DNA of 64,000 nt from an uncultured Actinomycetes bacterium. Its GTDB lineage: Bacteria > Actinomycetota > Thermoleophilia > Gaiellales > F1-60-MAGs149. Made by a program: the position numbers and the translations under genes. Position 1 is the stretch's first letter, and each line of letters opens with the position of its first letter. Shown here piece by piece: positions 28,818 through 38,682 of the stretch. The DNA lies in the NCBI GenBank assembly GCA_963732645.1, contig CAVTAC010000011.1, positions 44,278 through 108,277 on the forward strand. The letters run 5' to 3'. The notes under the pieces were generated by a model. The model had not been told where the DNA came from, searched no databases, and saw only the letters and a list, made by a program, of their open reading frames with translations.

Positions 28818-29312
28818 TTACAGCAGCGAGGTGTCCCGCTCCACCACCGCCGGAGGCTTCGAGGTCAGGCCCTCGGCGCCCTGGGTGCGGAAGGCGGACT
28901 CCTCCGAGTAGATCAGCTGGATGGCCTCGCCGAGGCGATCCGTGGGACGGTCGACCGGCGTCGCGGGAGCGGCGGGCGAGGCCGGGGCGCCGGCGTCGAC
29001 CGACGGTGCCGACGACGCCGCGGCGGCCTGCTCCTCGTCGGGCAGGAACGACGGCTTCAGCACCAGCGAGCCGAGCTCGAAGCCCGGCGGCAGGCAGACG
29101 GGGATGAGGATGTCCTCCGACGCCGGGCCCTTCACCTGCAGGCCGTAGCCCGTCGGCAGGGGCATGCCGGGAACCTGCGGGCTGAGCGCCAGGTCCTCGA
29201 CGACGTCCTCGACCAGCCCGACGCGATCATCGACATGGCCCACCTTGCGATGAATCAGACCGCCGAACACGAAGGCGCCGCCAAGCAGCAGCCGGTCGAT
29301 TGCATTTCCCAT
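28818..29312 (-). CDS. Hypothetical protein
   Basis: Open frame with coding-like codon bias, GGAGAG upstream, fills the intergenic space; no recognised family. Confidence 0.55.
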   Translation of the reverse strand: MGNAIDRLLLGGAFVFGGLIHRKVGHVDDRVGLVEDVVEDLALSPQVPGMPLPTGYGLQVKGPASEDILIPVCLPPGFELGSLVLKPSFLPDEEQAAAASSAPSVDAGAPASPAAPATPVDRPTDRLGEAIQLIYSEESAFRTQGAEGLTSKPPAVVERDTSLL

Positions 29313-29401
29313 CTCGCCACTCTCCACAGGGGGGTCTCCGGTGTTTCGAATCGGCATCGCGGAGAGGCGTCCCCATCCCCCGTCCGGCGTACCATCCCGG
29401 C

Positions 29402-29848
29402 ATGGAGTTCGCCGCAGGACCGCTCGCCCAGGCCCTCGCAGACCTCGAGCCGTTCCTCGTCGACGAGGAGTTCGTGCTGCTCGGCTACCCCCGCGGCTCC
29501 GCGCCGCCGATGCCCGACGCAGCCGCCGCAGAGGCGTACGCGGTGCGCATCGACGACCCGTTCCAGACGACGTTCGTGCTGCGCGACGCGCTCGCCGACG
29601 AGCTGCCGCCCGCGGCCGTCCGCGTCGCTCCGCTGCGCGCGATCGTGCTGGCGAACGAGCTGCCGTCCGACCTGACCGGCTTCATGTCGGTGATCGCCGG
29701 CGCCTTCGCCGAGCGCAACATCGCGATCGTGCCGATCGGCGCCGCGTCGCGCGACCACCTGCTCGTGCCCGCCGCGCACTGGCCCGAGGCGCTCGCGATC
29801 CTGCGCGGCCTGCGCGACGCGTCGCGGCAGCTGCAGCAGAGCGACTGA
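29402..29848 (+). CDS. ACT domain protein
   Basis: LTGFMSVIAGAFAERNI...RDHLLVP ACT_7-like motif; TACCAT -10 directly upstream. Confidence 0.75.
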   Translation: MEFAAGPLAQALADLEPFLVDEEFVLLGYPRGSAPPMPDAAAAEAYAVRIDDPFQTTFVLRDALADELPPAAVRVAPLRAIVLANELPSDLTGFMSVIAGAFAERNIAIVPIGAASRDHLLVPAAHWPEALAILRGLRDASRQLQQSD

Positions 29849-31011
29849 TGGAGGCGCTCGCGGCCGCGCTCGCCGACCCCGGCGCCTTCCACCGCCTGAC
29901 GCTGGTGCGCCGGCCGGCCGACGGCGGCTGGTCGCGCGTCGTCGGCACGCCGGTGACGCTGCGCGAGGGCGTCGGCGTGAAGCTCGTCGCGACCGTCGGC
30001 ACCCGGCACGAGACGGAGACCGTGCGGCCGGAGGAGTGGGCCGAGCGCCGCGCGGCGCTGCTGGCCGAGCCGTTCGACCAGGCCCACGTCCAGTCGCCCG
30101 CCGGCGACGTGCACGCGCGCCGCACGAAGAAGGGGCGGCTGCTGGTCTCGCAGGGCAAGCCGTCGCGGCCGGAGGACGTCGCCGTGGCGGCGCACGACCG
30201 GCCGCGTGGCCGCGCGCTCGACCTGGACGATCCCGAGGTCGTGCGCCTGTTCATCGCCACCGGCCTCGCCGGCGACTCCGGCCGCATCCGCGCGCCGCAC
30301 GCCGACAAGGAGCGGCAGCTGCAGCACTACCTCGAGCTGCTGCGCCCGCTCGCCGCGCTGCAGGGCGACGGGCCGCTGACGATCCTCGACGCCGGCTGCG
30401 GCAAGGCGTACATGAGCCTCGCGCTCGTGCTGTACGCGCGGCAGCTCGGCCGCACGCCCTCGCTGACCGGCCTCGACACCAACGCCGACGTGGTCGAGAC
30501 GGTGCGAGCGATCGCCGAGGAGCTCGACTACGACGCCACCTTCGCCGCCACCTCGATCGCCGACTGGACGGCCGCGAACTCCGACGCGGACGTCGACCTG
30601 CTGGTGTCGCTGCACGCCTGCGACACGGCCACCGACGAGGCGCTGGCCGCCGGCGTCCAGCTGGGCGCTCGCGCGATCATCCTCGCCCCGTGCTGCCACC
30701 ACGAGCTGTCGACGCTGCTGGTGGAGGAGGCCGCGCCGAGCGGCATCGTGCGACATGGCCTGCTGCGCAGCCGCTACTGCGACGTCGCCACCGACGCCCT
30801 CCGGGCCGCCCTGCTCGAGCTGCACGGCTACCGCACCGAGGTGATCGAGTTCGTGTCGGCCGAGCACACCGCACGCAACGTGATGATCCGCGCGCAGCGC
30901 CGCGACCGCGCCGACGCCCGGGCGACCGCCGCCGCGCGCCAGGCGTACGACGAGCTGCGCGCCCTCTGGCGCTCGCCGGGAGCGGCGGAGCGGCTGCTCG
31001 GCGCGCCGTAG
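29848..31011 (+). CDS. SAM-dependent methyltransferase (Methyltransf_32-like)
   Basis: HDR, K.RQ, ILDAGCGKAY, SLHACDTATDEAL, PCCHH, EFV..EHT.RN. Confidence 0.88.
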   Translation: MEALAAALADPGAFHRLTLVRRPADGGWSRVVGTPVTLREGVGVKLVATVGTRHETETVRPEEWAERRAALLAEPFDQAHVQSPAGDVHARRTKKGRLLVSQGKPSRPEDVAVAAHDRPRGRALDLDDPEVVRLFIATGLAGDSGRIRAPHADKERQLQHYLELLRPLAALQGDGPLTILDAGCGKAYMSLALVLYARQLGRTPSLTGLDTNADVVETVRAIAEELDYDATFAATSIADWTAANSDADVDLLVSLHACDTATDEALAAGVQLGARAIILAPCCHHELSTLLVEEAAPSGIVRHGLLRSRYCDVATDALRAALLELHGYRTEVIEFVSAEHTARNVMIRAQRRDRADARATAAARQAYDELRALWRSPGAAERLLGAP

Positions 31012-31021
31012 ACTCAGGCGC

Positions 31022-32526
31022 GTGTTGCGGCTCCAGCGCATCGTCGGCGCGTTGCTCGTCGTCGGCCTCCTGGTCGGGTCGGGCGTTGCCTTCGCGGTCG
31101 CGCAGTCGCTCAAGTCGGAGCCGCCGCGCGTCGTCAGCGCCGACTTCACGCAGGCCAAGGCGTTCTCGCCCGGCTGCGACTGCGACGCGGCCATCGCGCG
31201 CTTCTCGCTCACCCTCTCGCGCGCGGCCGACCTGTCCGTGCGCGTCACGACGCGCCGCGGCCGCCTGGTGCGGACGCTGCTCGACCAGGAGCGCCGCGAG
31301 GGCGTCGTCGCGCTGACGTGGGACGGCCGGGACGCCACCGGTGCGCAGGTGACCGACCGCAGCTACCAGGTGCAGGTGCGCTTCGCCCGCGGCCGCTGGC
31401 GCGCGGCCCCCAACGCCGTGATCCGGGTCGACACGAAGCCGCCGACCATCACCGCCGACCTGCCCACCGGCCGCACCATCGCCTTCGGCGCGGACGGCGA
31501 CAACGGCGTGTACCGCTACACGGTCACCAGCAACGAGGCCGCGAGCGCCTGGCCGACGGTGTTCTCCGTCTCGGCCGACGGCACCGTGGACGAGGTGTGG
31601 CGGCCGGAGGAGCCGGTCGCGCTCGCCGTCGGCAAGGCCACCGAGCTGAGCTGGCCGGCCGCGAACCGCACGCCCGACCGCCCGGCGGCCGACGGCACGT
31701 ACCTGGCGGGCTACGAGGTGCGCGACGCCGCCGGCAACATCGTGCGCAGCCCCGCCTCGTTCACGCCCGGCGAGACCGGCACCGCGGCCGCCGTGCGCGT
31801 GCAGGCGCTGGAGATCACGCCCTCGCGCCGCATCCTCACGTTCGACGCGCAGGTGCAGGTGGCGCAGCAGCAGCTCACCGACGGGCTGCCCGGCGTGCAG
31901 GTCGGCGAGCGCACCGGGCCGCCGGCCGTCGCCGTGCCGCGCGCGCCGACGCGGGCCGGGCTGTACGGCCTGCGCGTCTCGGGCTCGCGGACGACGACGT
32001 GGGGCTACCAGCCCGTGGCCGGCAAGGCGGTCACCCTGGTCGTCCTGCCGACCTACTCGTGGCAGTACGACAACCCGTACGACGCCGCCGCCGACGGCTT
32101 CCCCGACGTCGCGCCCGCCGCGCAGGGTCTCGACCGCCCGCTGGGCGACGGCGCGCGGATCGGGCTCGAGGAGCTGCTGCGGCTGGCCGGCCCCTCGATG
32201 GCCGCGGCGGGCCGCAGCGGCGCGATCACCGACCAGCGCATCGAGGAGGAGGGCGTCCCGCAGGCGACGCGGCTGCTGCTCGTGCCCGCGCATGCGCGTC
32301 TGGACGCCGGGCCTGCGCGACCGGCTGCGCACGTTCATCGCCCGCGGCGGGCGCGTCTCGCTGATCTCGTCGCCGCTCGACCGGCGCGGCGCTGCGCGAC
32401 GGCGACGCGATCACCGTGGCCGACGGGACCGACCGCGCCGAGCTGGCGGGCGTCACCCGCGGCGCCGACGCCGCGGTCAAGACCGCGCAGCGGGTCAGGC
32501 GAGCCCGGGCAGCGCTCGCAGGGTGA
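31022..32526 (+). CDS. Secreted FlgD-type Ig domain protein with dimethylformamidase-beta-like C-terminal region (frameshifted)
   Basis: N-terminal TM, FSP, LVRTL...TWDGRDATG....D..Y, DAAGN; then LVVLPTYSWQ..N.YD...DG.PD. Confidence 0.6.
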
Positions 32527-33988
32527 GCACGAGGCCGAGGATCGTGATGATCGCCGCGCTCGCCACCGGCAGGCCGCGGATCGCACGACCCGACGACGGG
32601 ATGCGCGTGAACAGCCGCCGCGCGTAGAGCACCGCGAGGCCGATGCCCGAGACGACGCCGGCGAGTCCGAGCGAGAACGCGCAGACGAGCACGACGCCGA
32701 ACGCCGTGCGGTCGAGCGCGATGGCCCCGAGCAGCAGCACCAGCGCGCTCGGGCACGGGATCATGCCGCCCGACACGCCGAGCGCGAGCAGCGAGCGCCA
32801 CGACAGCTGATCGGGCGGCGCATGCGAGTGCCCGTGCTCGCCGTGGTCGTGCGCGTGGCCATGGTCGTGGGAGTGCCCGTGGTCGTGGGAGTGCCCGTGG
32901 TCGTGCGACGGGCCGCGGCACGCACGCCCGCCCGGCCGGCCAGGTAGCCGCGCAGCCGCTGGCGGATCGCCGTCAGGCCGAGCGCCAGCACCAGCACGCC
33001 CGAGACGAGGTTCAGCCAGGGGTAGAGCTGCTCCGGCAGGATGAACTCCGACAGCGTCAGCGTCACGAACCCGAGGGCGAACACCGTCGCCGTGTGCGCG
33101 ATCGTGACGGTCGCGCCGAGCGCGAAGGCGTGCCGGGCGGTGCCGCGCGAGCCGGCCAGGTAGGCCGCCACCATCGTCTTGCCGTGGCCCGGCGTGAGCG
33201 CGTGCAGCGCGCCCCATCCCATCGCCGCCAGCAGGGCGACGAGCACGAAGCCGACCGTCAGCGGCCGGCTGGGGTCGACCAGCGACTCGAGCCGGCCGGT
33301 GTGGTCGCGGCCGGCCTCGGCGGCGGCGACGTTGCCGGCGGTCTGCACGGCGCCGACGTCGAGGCCGCCGTCGCCGAGGCGCGCGTCGACCGTCGCGGCC
33401 AGCTGCGAGGCGGGCGAGGCGAGCACGTCCTCCGGGTACGAGCGCAGCGCCGTTCGTGCGGTCGACCGTCGCGGCGGTGGTGGCGGTCACGGCCGCGCCG
33501 GAGCGCCCGGGCGACGACGACCTCCTTCCAGCCGACGCGGTCGGACGCGTACGTCGACGTGTAGGCGATCTGCTGCCGGCGTGCCCGAGAGCTCGACGCC
33601 CTCGGCGCGCAGGTCGAGGTCGAGCCGCGTCGTCGAGAGCCCGCCCTGGCCCGGCGGGAAGCGCGAGCGTGGCCTTCTCGGCGACCAGCCGGGCCGGCCG
33701 GCCGTCGACGGTCAGCGAGATGGCGCCGGTGATGTCGCGCACCAGCGCGTCGCGGGCCGCTGCGAGCTCGGCGCCGTCGATCTTGCCGGAGCCGTCGGCG
33801 TCACGCGCCTGGATCAGCTGCAGCGTCGGGATCTCGGCCTGGTCGAGCACGAAGTGCACCCGCACGGCCGTCGGCTCGACCTGGATGCGCGCGTACTGGT
33901 TGACCGTGAAGTTGCCCAGCGGATGGGCGCCGGCGGCGGGCACGACGACGAGGCGCGAGCAGCGAGCGCGAGCCAGCAGGCGCCTCAT
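32495..33988 (-). CDS. NicO/RcnA-type Ni/Co transporter with extracytoplasmic N-domain and His-rich loop (several frameshifts)
   Basis: AHPLGNFTVNQY N-terminus, GALHALTPGHGKTMVAAYL, TIAHT, HDHGHS repeats, GG.IPCPSAL. Confidence 0.85.
   Translation of the reverse strand: MRRLLARARCSRLVVVPAAGAHPLGNFTVNQYARIQVEPTAVRVHFVLDQAEIPTLQLIQARDADGSGKIDGAELAAARDALVRDITGAISLTVDGRPARLVAEKATLALPAGPGRALDDAARPRPARRGRRALGHAGSRSPTRRRTRPTASAGRRSSSPGRSGAAVTATTAATVDRTNGAALVPGGRARLARLAAGRDGRRAPRRRRPRRRRRADRRQRRRRRGRPRPHRPARVAGRPQPAADGRLRARRPAGGDGMGRAARAHAGPRQDDGGGLPGRLARHRPARLRARRDRHDRAHGDGVRPRVRDADAVGVHPAGAALPLAEPRLGRAGAGARPDGDPPAAARLPGRPGGRACRGPSHDHGHSHDHGHSHDHGHAHDHGEHGHSHAPPDQLSWRSLLALGVSGGMIPCPSALVLLLGAIALDRTAFGVVLVCAFSLGLAGVVSGIGLAVLYARRLFTRIPSSGRAIRGLPVASAAIITILGLVLTLRALPGLA
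32822..32905 (-). repeat. 18-bp tandem repeat encoding HDHGHS
   Basis: TGGTCGTGGGAGTGCCCG twice exactly, plus degenerate copies. Confidence 0.85.
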
Positions 33989-35324
33989 GCCACCGGCTCC
34001 CCGAGCTTCGCCAGCAGGCGCACCGCGTCCGGCCCGTAGAGCGGATGGAACCGCGGGTTGCGAGCCCTGCGCGCGCCGCAGCGCGACGACCGCCTCGGTG
34101 CGCTCGCCGGCACAGGCCGCGATCGCGCCGAGGTGGTAGGCGAGCAGCGGATCGGCGCTCTGCATCCTGTTGGCGGCGCGCGCCTCGGGCAGCGCGGCCT
34201 GGCAGTCGCCGGACCGGAAGAGCGCCCAGCCGAGCGCGTCGTGGGCGTACACCGACGGGCGCTCCTGCACCGCGATGCGGCCCAGGCGGACGGCCTCGGC
34301 CCGGTCGCCGTGATCGGCCTCGAACAGCGCCAGCTCGAGGTCGGCGTTGCCGCCGGCGGCGCGGAAGAGGTCCTGCTCGGCGCTCACCAGCGCGTAGCTG
34401 TTCTTCGCCGCGGCCGTCTCGCCGCGCGCGGTCTGCACGTCGCCCAGCGCGACCAGGATCTCGGCCAGCGGCAGGTGCCCGGCGGCCTGCCGGTACCAGC
34501 GCTCGGCGGTGGCGAGGTCGCCGCGGGCGACGGCGACGGCGCCGAGACCGGCCTCGGCCCGCGCGTAGGCGGGCAGCGCGGCCAGCGCGTGCTGCAGCTC
34601 GACCTCGGCCTCGTCCAGGCGGCCCAGCTTGATCAGCAGCGCGGCGTGCTGCACGCGCGTCCACTGCGTGCCCTCGCCGCCGCCGGCGCCGCCGGCGACC
34701 GCGTCGGCCATCAGGTCGGCCGCGCCCGGCAGGTCGCCCTGCAGCTCCAGGGCGTACGACTGGCGCGCGTAGGAGACGAGCGACGGCCGCTGCTCGCCCA
34801 GCTCGTCGATGGTCCGGAACGCCTGCGGGTACCTGCCGAGCTCGATCTGCGCGTCGCCGACGATCGCCTTCGCAGCCGGCGAGAAGCCGCCGGTGAGGCC
34901 GACCGCCTCCTGGCCGAGCTGCAGCGCCTGCGCGAAGTCGTGGCGCGACAGGGCGAGCGAGCCGAGCCCGACGACGGCGTCGAGGCTGGTCGGCTCCAGC
35001 GTGCGGGCGCGGCGCAGCAGCTCGTCGGCGCGGGGGTAGTAGCTCGGGTCGCCCGTCTCGCGGGCCCGCTGCAGGTAGGCGAGCCCCAGCCGCGCGACCA
35101 GGCCCGGGTCGTCGGGGCGGGTCTTCACCGCCGCCTGCAGCTCGGTCACCTGGCCGGCCGAGCCGATCACGCTCGTGAGCGGATCGACGTTCGCCCGCAC
35201 CACGGCGCCGGCCGGGGCCGGAGCCGGCGGCCTTGCCGTCGCCCCGCACCGCGAACAGGCCGCCGGCGACGAGGCAGGCGGCAGCGCCGACGGCGGCGGC
35301 AGTGCGGGTGACGAGGCGGCTCAT
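33985..35324 (-). CDS. Membrane-anchored TPR protein (frameshifted near both ends)
   Basis: LGLAYLQRARETGDPSYY..A, LALSRHDF, GDAQIELGRY, DALGWAL; typical DUF4331 neighbour. Confidence 0.85.
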
Positions 35325-35399
35325 GGGGTCGTGGGCTCCTGGCGGTGGTGGGAGAAATCGGATCCCGCCGGCCGGCATCGCTGCCGGCCGGCGGGGTGG

Positions 35400-36998
35400 T
35401 CAGTCGATCAGGGGTTGCCGGAGTTCGGCAGAGCCGCGTACGGGAACGTGTTCGTGAACGGCTTGTCGTTGTTCAGCACGCCGTCCGCTCCCTGGCGCAG
35501 CAGCTGGAGGCCTGCGTTCGAGGAGTCCTTGCCGAGGCCCATCGCGAGCAGGCCGTAGGGGCGCTGGATCGCAGTGCGGGATCAGCCCGTCGATCGGGAG
35601 GCCGGCGATGGCCGCGACCTGGATGTCGGTCACGTCGTCGACGAGCCGGCGACCGTTCGGGTAGCCGTCGAACTGGGCCGGGCTGCACGGCGGGATGTCG
35701 AGGTCGTGCAGCGTCGGGCCGAGCGGGCCGGTGGTCGGGGTCTGGAAGTTGCAGAGCAGACCACGGCGATCGGCCGTCAGGGACGAGGTGCCGACCGGCT
35801 GCGTCTTCGTGTTGAGGCGCAGCTCGTCGACCGGCGTCTTGTCCGATCCGGTCTTGCCGAACGTCAGGTCAACCGCACCGGGGCCGAAGTCGAAGCCGCG
35901 GAGCAGGATCGCCGACAGGTCGGCGCGGCCCGTCGTCTGGGCGACGGGGCAGGCGGTGCCGCAGCCGAGGGCTGCGTCGAGCACCGGTCCGAACACCCGG
36001 GCGTTCAGGGCCGCGGCGAGTCCGGGAGCCGTGTAGTACTTCTCGAACTGCTTGTCCTTGTCGGGCGTCTGGGTGTTCCAGTAGTCCTTGAGCGTCCGCG
36101 GGATCAGCACCTCGTTGACGAGGGGCTGGCCGAGGCGCTCGACCTGCTTCCACTGCTTCACGCGGACGCGGACCTTCTTGCCGTGCCGCTTGCGCGTGAC
36201 GGTGCGGACGACCTGGCGGTCGGTCGCGGCGTACACGCCGATCACGGGCTGCGACGAGGACCGGCGCAGCATCGAGGCGGGAACCTCGATCGCGATCGTG
36301 TGGACGTTGACGCCCTTCAGGTTGTCGGTGCCGGGGCCGCCGACGCTCAGGAAGTCGAAGATCCGGCCGACGTCGATCGCGAACGGATCCTCACGCGGGC
36401 CGACGAACACCTTGACGCTGTTGGCCTTGCCGAGGGCGTTGCCGCTCTTGACGGCCGACGCGGCGAGCGCGGCGTAGTTGGGCATCGAGGTCTTGCCGAC
36501 GTTGTTGGGCGCCGTGTCGCCGCGGGCGACGACGTGTGCGGCGCCCTTGCCCTTGGCGATCGTCAGCTCCCAGCGCTGCTTGACCGCCAGGTTCGGCGAG
36601 TTGAGCGACGTGACGGGGCCGGTGTTGTACAGGAACGTCCCGTCCGCGTAGCGGGTCTTCGTCCGCAGCGCGAAGTGGATGTCGCCCTTGCCGTCGCCGT
36701 TGTTGTCGACCTCGATGCGGTAGCGCACCGTGTCGTCGAGGTTGTAGTAGTTGGGACCCTCTGCGGGGATCTCGATCGGGATCACGTTCGCCATCAGGGT
36801 GACCATGTCGGTCTTCCCGGGGCTCATGAACGCGTACAGATCGGTCAGATCCGCCGTGGGGTCGTTCGAGATGAGCGGCGCCTCTCGGTGGCTCGACGCC
36901 TTCGCCTTCTTCGCGGCGTTGGGCGTGAGCGCGGCTGCGCCGATCGCGAACGCGGCAACCCCCGTGATCGCCGCCGCGGTTACGGCCGTTCTTCGCAT
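35400..36998 (-). CDS. DUF4331 domain secreted protein (frameshift near C-terminus)
   Basis: [51 protein letters not shown]. Confidence 0.92.
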   Translation of the reverse strand: MRRTAVTAAAITGVAAFAIGAAALTPNAAKKAKASSHREAPLISNDPTADLTDLYAFMSPGKTDMVTLMANVIPIEIPAEGPNYYNLDDTVRYRIEVDNNGDGKGDIHFALRTKTRYADGTFLYNTGPVTSLNSPNLAVKQRWELTIAKGKGAAHVVARGDTAPNNVGKTSMPNYAALAASAVKSGNALGKANSVKVFVGPREDPFAIDVGRIFDFLSVGGPGTDNLKGVNVHTIAIEVPASMLRRSSSQPVIGVYAATDRQVVRTVTRKRHGKKVRVRVKQWKQVERLGQPLVNEVLIPRTLKDYWNTQTPDKDKQFEKYYTAPGLAAALNARVFGPVLDAALGCGTACPVAQTTGRADLSAILLRGFDFGPGAVDLTFGKTGSDKTPVDELRLNTKTQPVGTSSLTADRRGLLCNFQTPTTGPLGPTLHDLDIPPCSPAQFDGYPNGRRLVDDVTDIQVAAIAGLPIDGLIPHCDPAPLRPARDGPRQGLLERRPPAAAPGSGRRAEQRQAVHEHVPVRGSAELRQPLID

Positions 36999-37162
36999 CT
37001 TCTGCCTTCCTCCTCTGTCTGGCCGGCGACCGCTCTTCTCTGCGGTCACATCCGTTCCAGGCGGGAGTTCGGTTCACTCGCAGCGGCCAGTTCACATCTC
37101 GCGAACCGTTCGCAACAGGAGGCGGAGGGTGGCGCTTCCCGGGTGCCTGTACATTCTCCGGC

Positions 37163-37669
37163 ATGACCTCTAGCCCGCTCGTCGGGATCGTGATGGGCAG
37201 CGATTCCGACCTCAAGGTGATGCGCCAGGCAGCCGACGCCCTGCAGGAGTTCGGCGTCAGCTGCGAGGTGCGCGCCCTCTCCGCCCACCGCACGCCCGAC
37301 GAGACCATCGCCTGGGCCCGCGGCGCCGTCGACCGCGGCCTGCGCGTGCTCATCGCCGGCGCCGGCGCGGCCGCGCACCTGCCCGGCGTCGTGGCCGCGG
37401 TGACGCCGCTGCCGGTGATCGGCGTGCCCATCGACGCCACCTCGCTCGGCGGCCTCGACGCGCTGCTGTCGATCGCCCAGATGCCGTCCGGCGTGCCGGT
37501 CGCGACCGTCGCCGTCGGCGGCGCCCGCAACGCCGGGCTGCTCGCGGCGCGGATCCTCGGTGCGGGAGACGACGCGATGCGCGAGCAGGTCGTCGCGTTC
37601 CAGGCGCGTCTGGCCGACTCCGTGCGCGAACGCGACGCCCGCGTGCAGGCCGAGCTGGCCGCGACCTAG
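37163..37669 (+). CDS. purE: N5-carboxyaminoimidazole ribonucleotide mutase
   Basis: [40 protein letters not shown] -10 directly upstream. Confidence 0.97.
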   Translation: MTSSPLVGIVMGSDSDLKVMRQAADALQEFGVSCEVRALSAHRTPDETIAWARGAVDRGLRVLIAGAGAAAHLPGVVAAVTPLPVIGVPIDATSLGGLDALLSIAQMPSGVPVATVAVGGARNAGLLAARILGAGDDAMREQVVAFQARLADSVRERDARVQAELAAT

Positions 37670-38682
37670 TGTCCGTGGCGCGCGTCGCCGTCCTGATCGT
37701 CAGCATGGACACGCGGGACGACGTGCTCGCGTGCCTGGAGTCGCTGCAGGGCGAGGCCGACGCCGAGATCGCCGTGCTCGACAACGTCTCGGGCGACGGC
37801 ACGGTCGAGGCGATCCGCGCCGCGTACCCCGGCGTGCGCGTGATCGAGGGCGAGCGGCGGCTCGGGTTCGGGGCCAACAACAACGTCCTGATCCGGGCCA
37901 CGACGGCGCCGTACGTCTACCTGCTGAACCCCGACACGGTCTCCGAGCCGGGGTCGGTCGCGCGGCTGGCCGACGTGCTCGACGCGCGAGCCCGACGTCG
38001 CCGCGGTCGGCGCCGCGCGTGGTGTTCGGCGACGGTCGCGTGCAGGACAACGCGTGGCGGTTCCCGTCGCCCGCCACGTGCCGTCCGCGCCGCCCTGACG
38101 CTCGGCCGCGGCGGCATCACGCAGTCGGGCGGCGACGCACCGCGACGGGTCGACTGGGCGATGGCCTGCGCGCTCATGCTGCGGCGCAGCGCGCTGGACT
38201 CGGTCGGCCTCTTCGACGAGGGCTTCTTCATGTACAGCGAGGAGACCGACCTCGAGCGGCGCCTCGCCGACGCGGGGCACGCGGTGGTGTGGACGCCGGC
38301 CGTGACCGTCGTGCACCACCAGGGCCGGTCGACGGCGGCCGTGCCCGAGCGGCGCGTCAACGAGGAGTGGCGCGGCCGGCACCGGTACTGGGTCAAGCAC
38401 CACTCGCCGACCGGCCGTCGCATCGCGGCCCTCGCGCTCGGCGTGCAGTACGGGCTCCTGACGCTGATCGGCGCGGTGCTGCTGCGGCTGCCGGCCCGGC
38501 TGCGGCCCGTGCCGGTCGCGCCGGCCGATCCGGCCATCTGGCGGCTGAGCGCGCGCAACGCGGTGCTCGGCGTGCGCGGGCCCGGCGCTCGAGGAGCTCG
38601 CCGCGGCGTTCAACAGCCGTCGCGCGGCTGCAGGCCCGGACGCGTCAGGAGCGTGACCGGACCGAAGCGCTGCTCGTCGTAG
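37669..38682 (+). CDS. GT2 glycosyltransferase, WbbL-like (compensating frameshifts ~37990-38085)
   Basis: VLDNVSGDG, GFGANNN, LNPD, FDEGFFMYSEETDL, HHQGRS. Confidence 0.88.
   Translation: MSVARVAVLIVSMDTRDDVLACLESLQGEADAEIAVLDNVSGDGTVEAIRAAYPGVRVIEGERRLGFGANNNVLIRATTAPYVYLLNPDTVSEPGSVARLADVLDARARRRRGRRRAWCSATVACRTTRGGSRRPPRAVRAALTLGRGGITQSGGDAPRRVDWAMACALMLRRSALDSVGLFDEGFFMYSEETDLERRLADAGHAVVWTPAVTVVHHQGRSTAAVPERRVNEEWRGRHRYWVKHHSPTGRRIAALALGVQYGLLTLIGAVLLRLPARLRPVPVAPADPAIWRLSARNAVLGVRGPGARGARRGVQQPSRGCRPGRVRSVTGPKRCSS

Noticed and set aside
31022..31450. Flagellar gene flgD
   Set aside because: Only the generic FlgD-type Ig module is present, in a membrane-anchored protein with no flagellar neighbours.
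32495..35203. Apparent 902-aa TPR-transporter fusion
   Set aside because: Produced by frameshifts; a TGA/ATG overlap at 33985-33988 separates the two genes.
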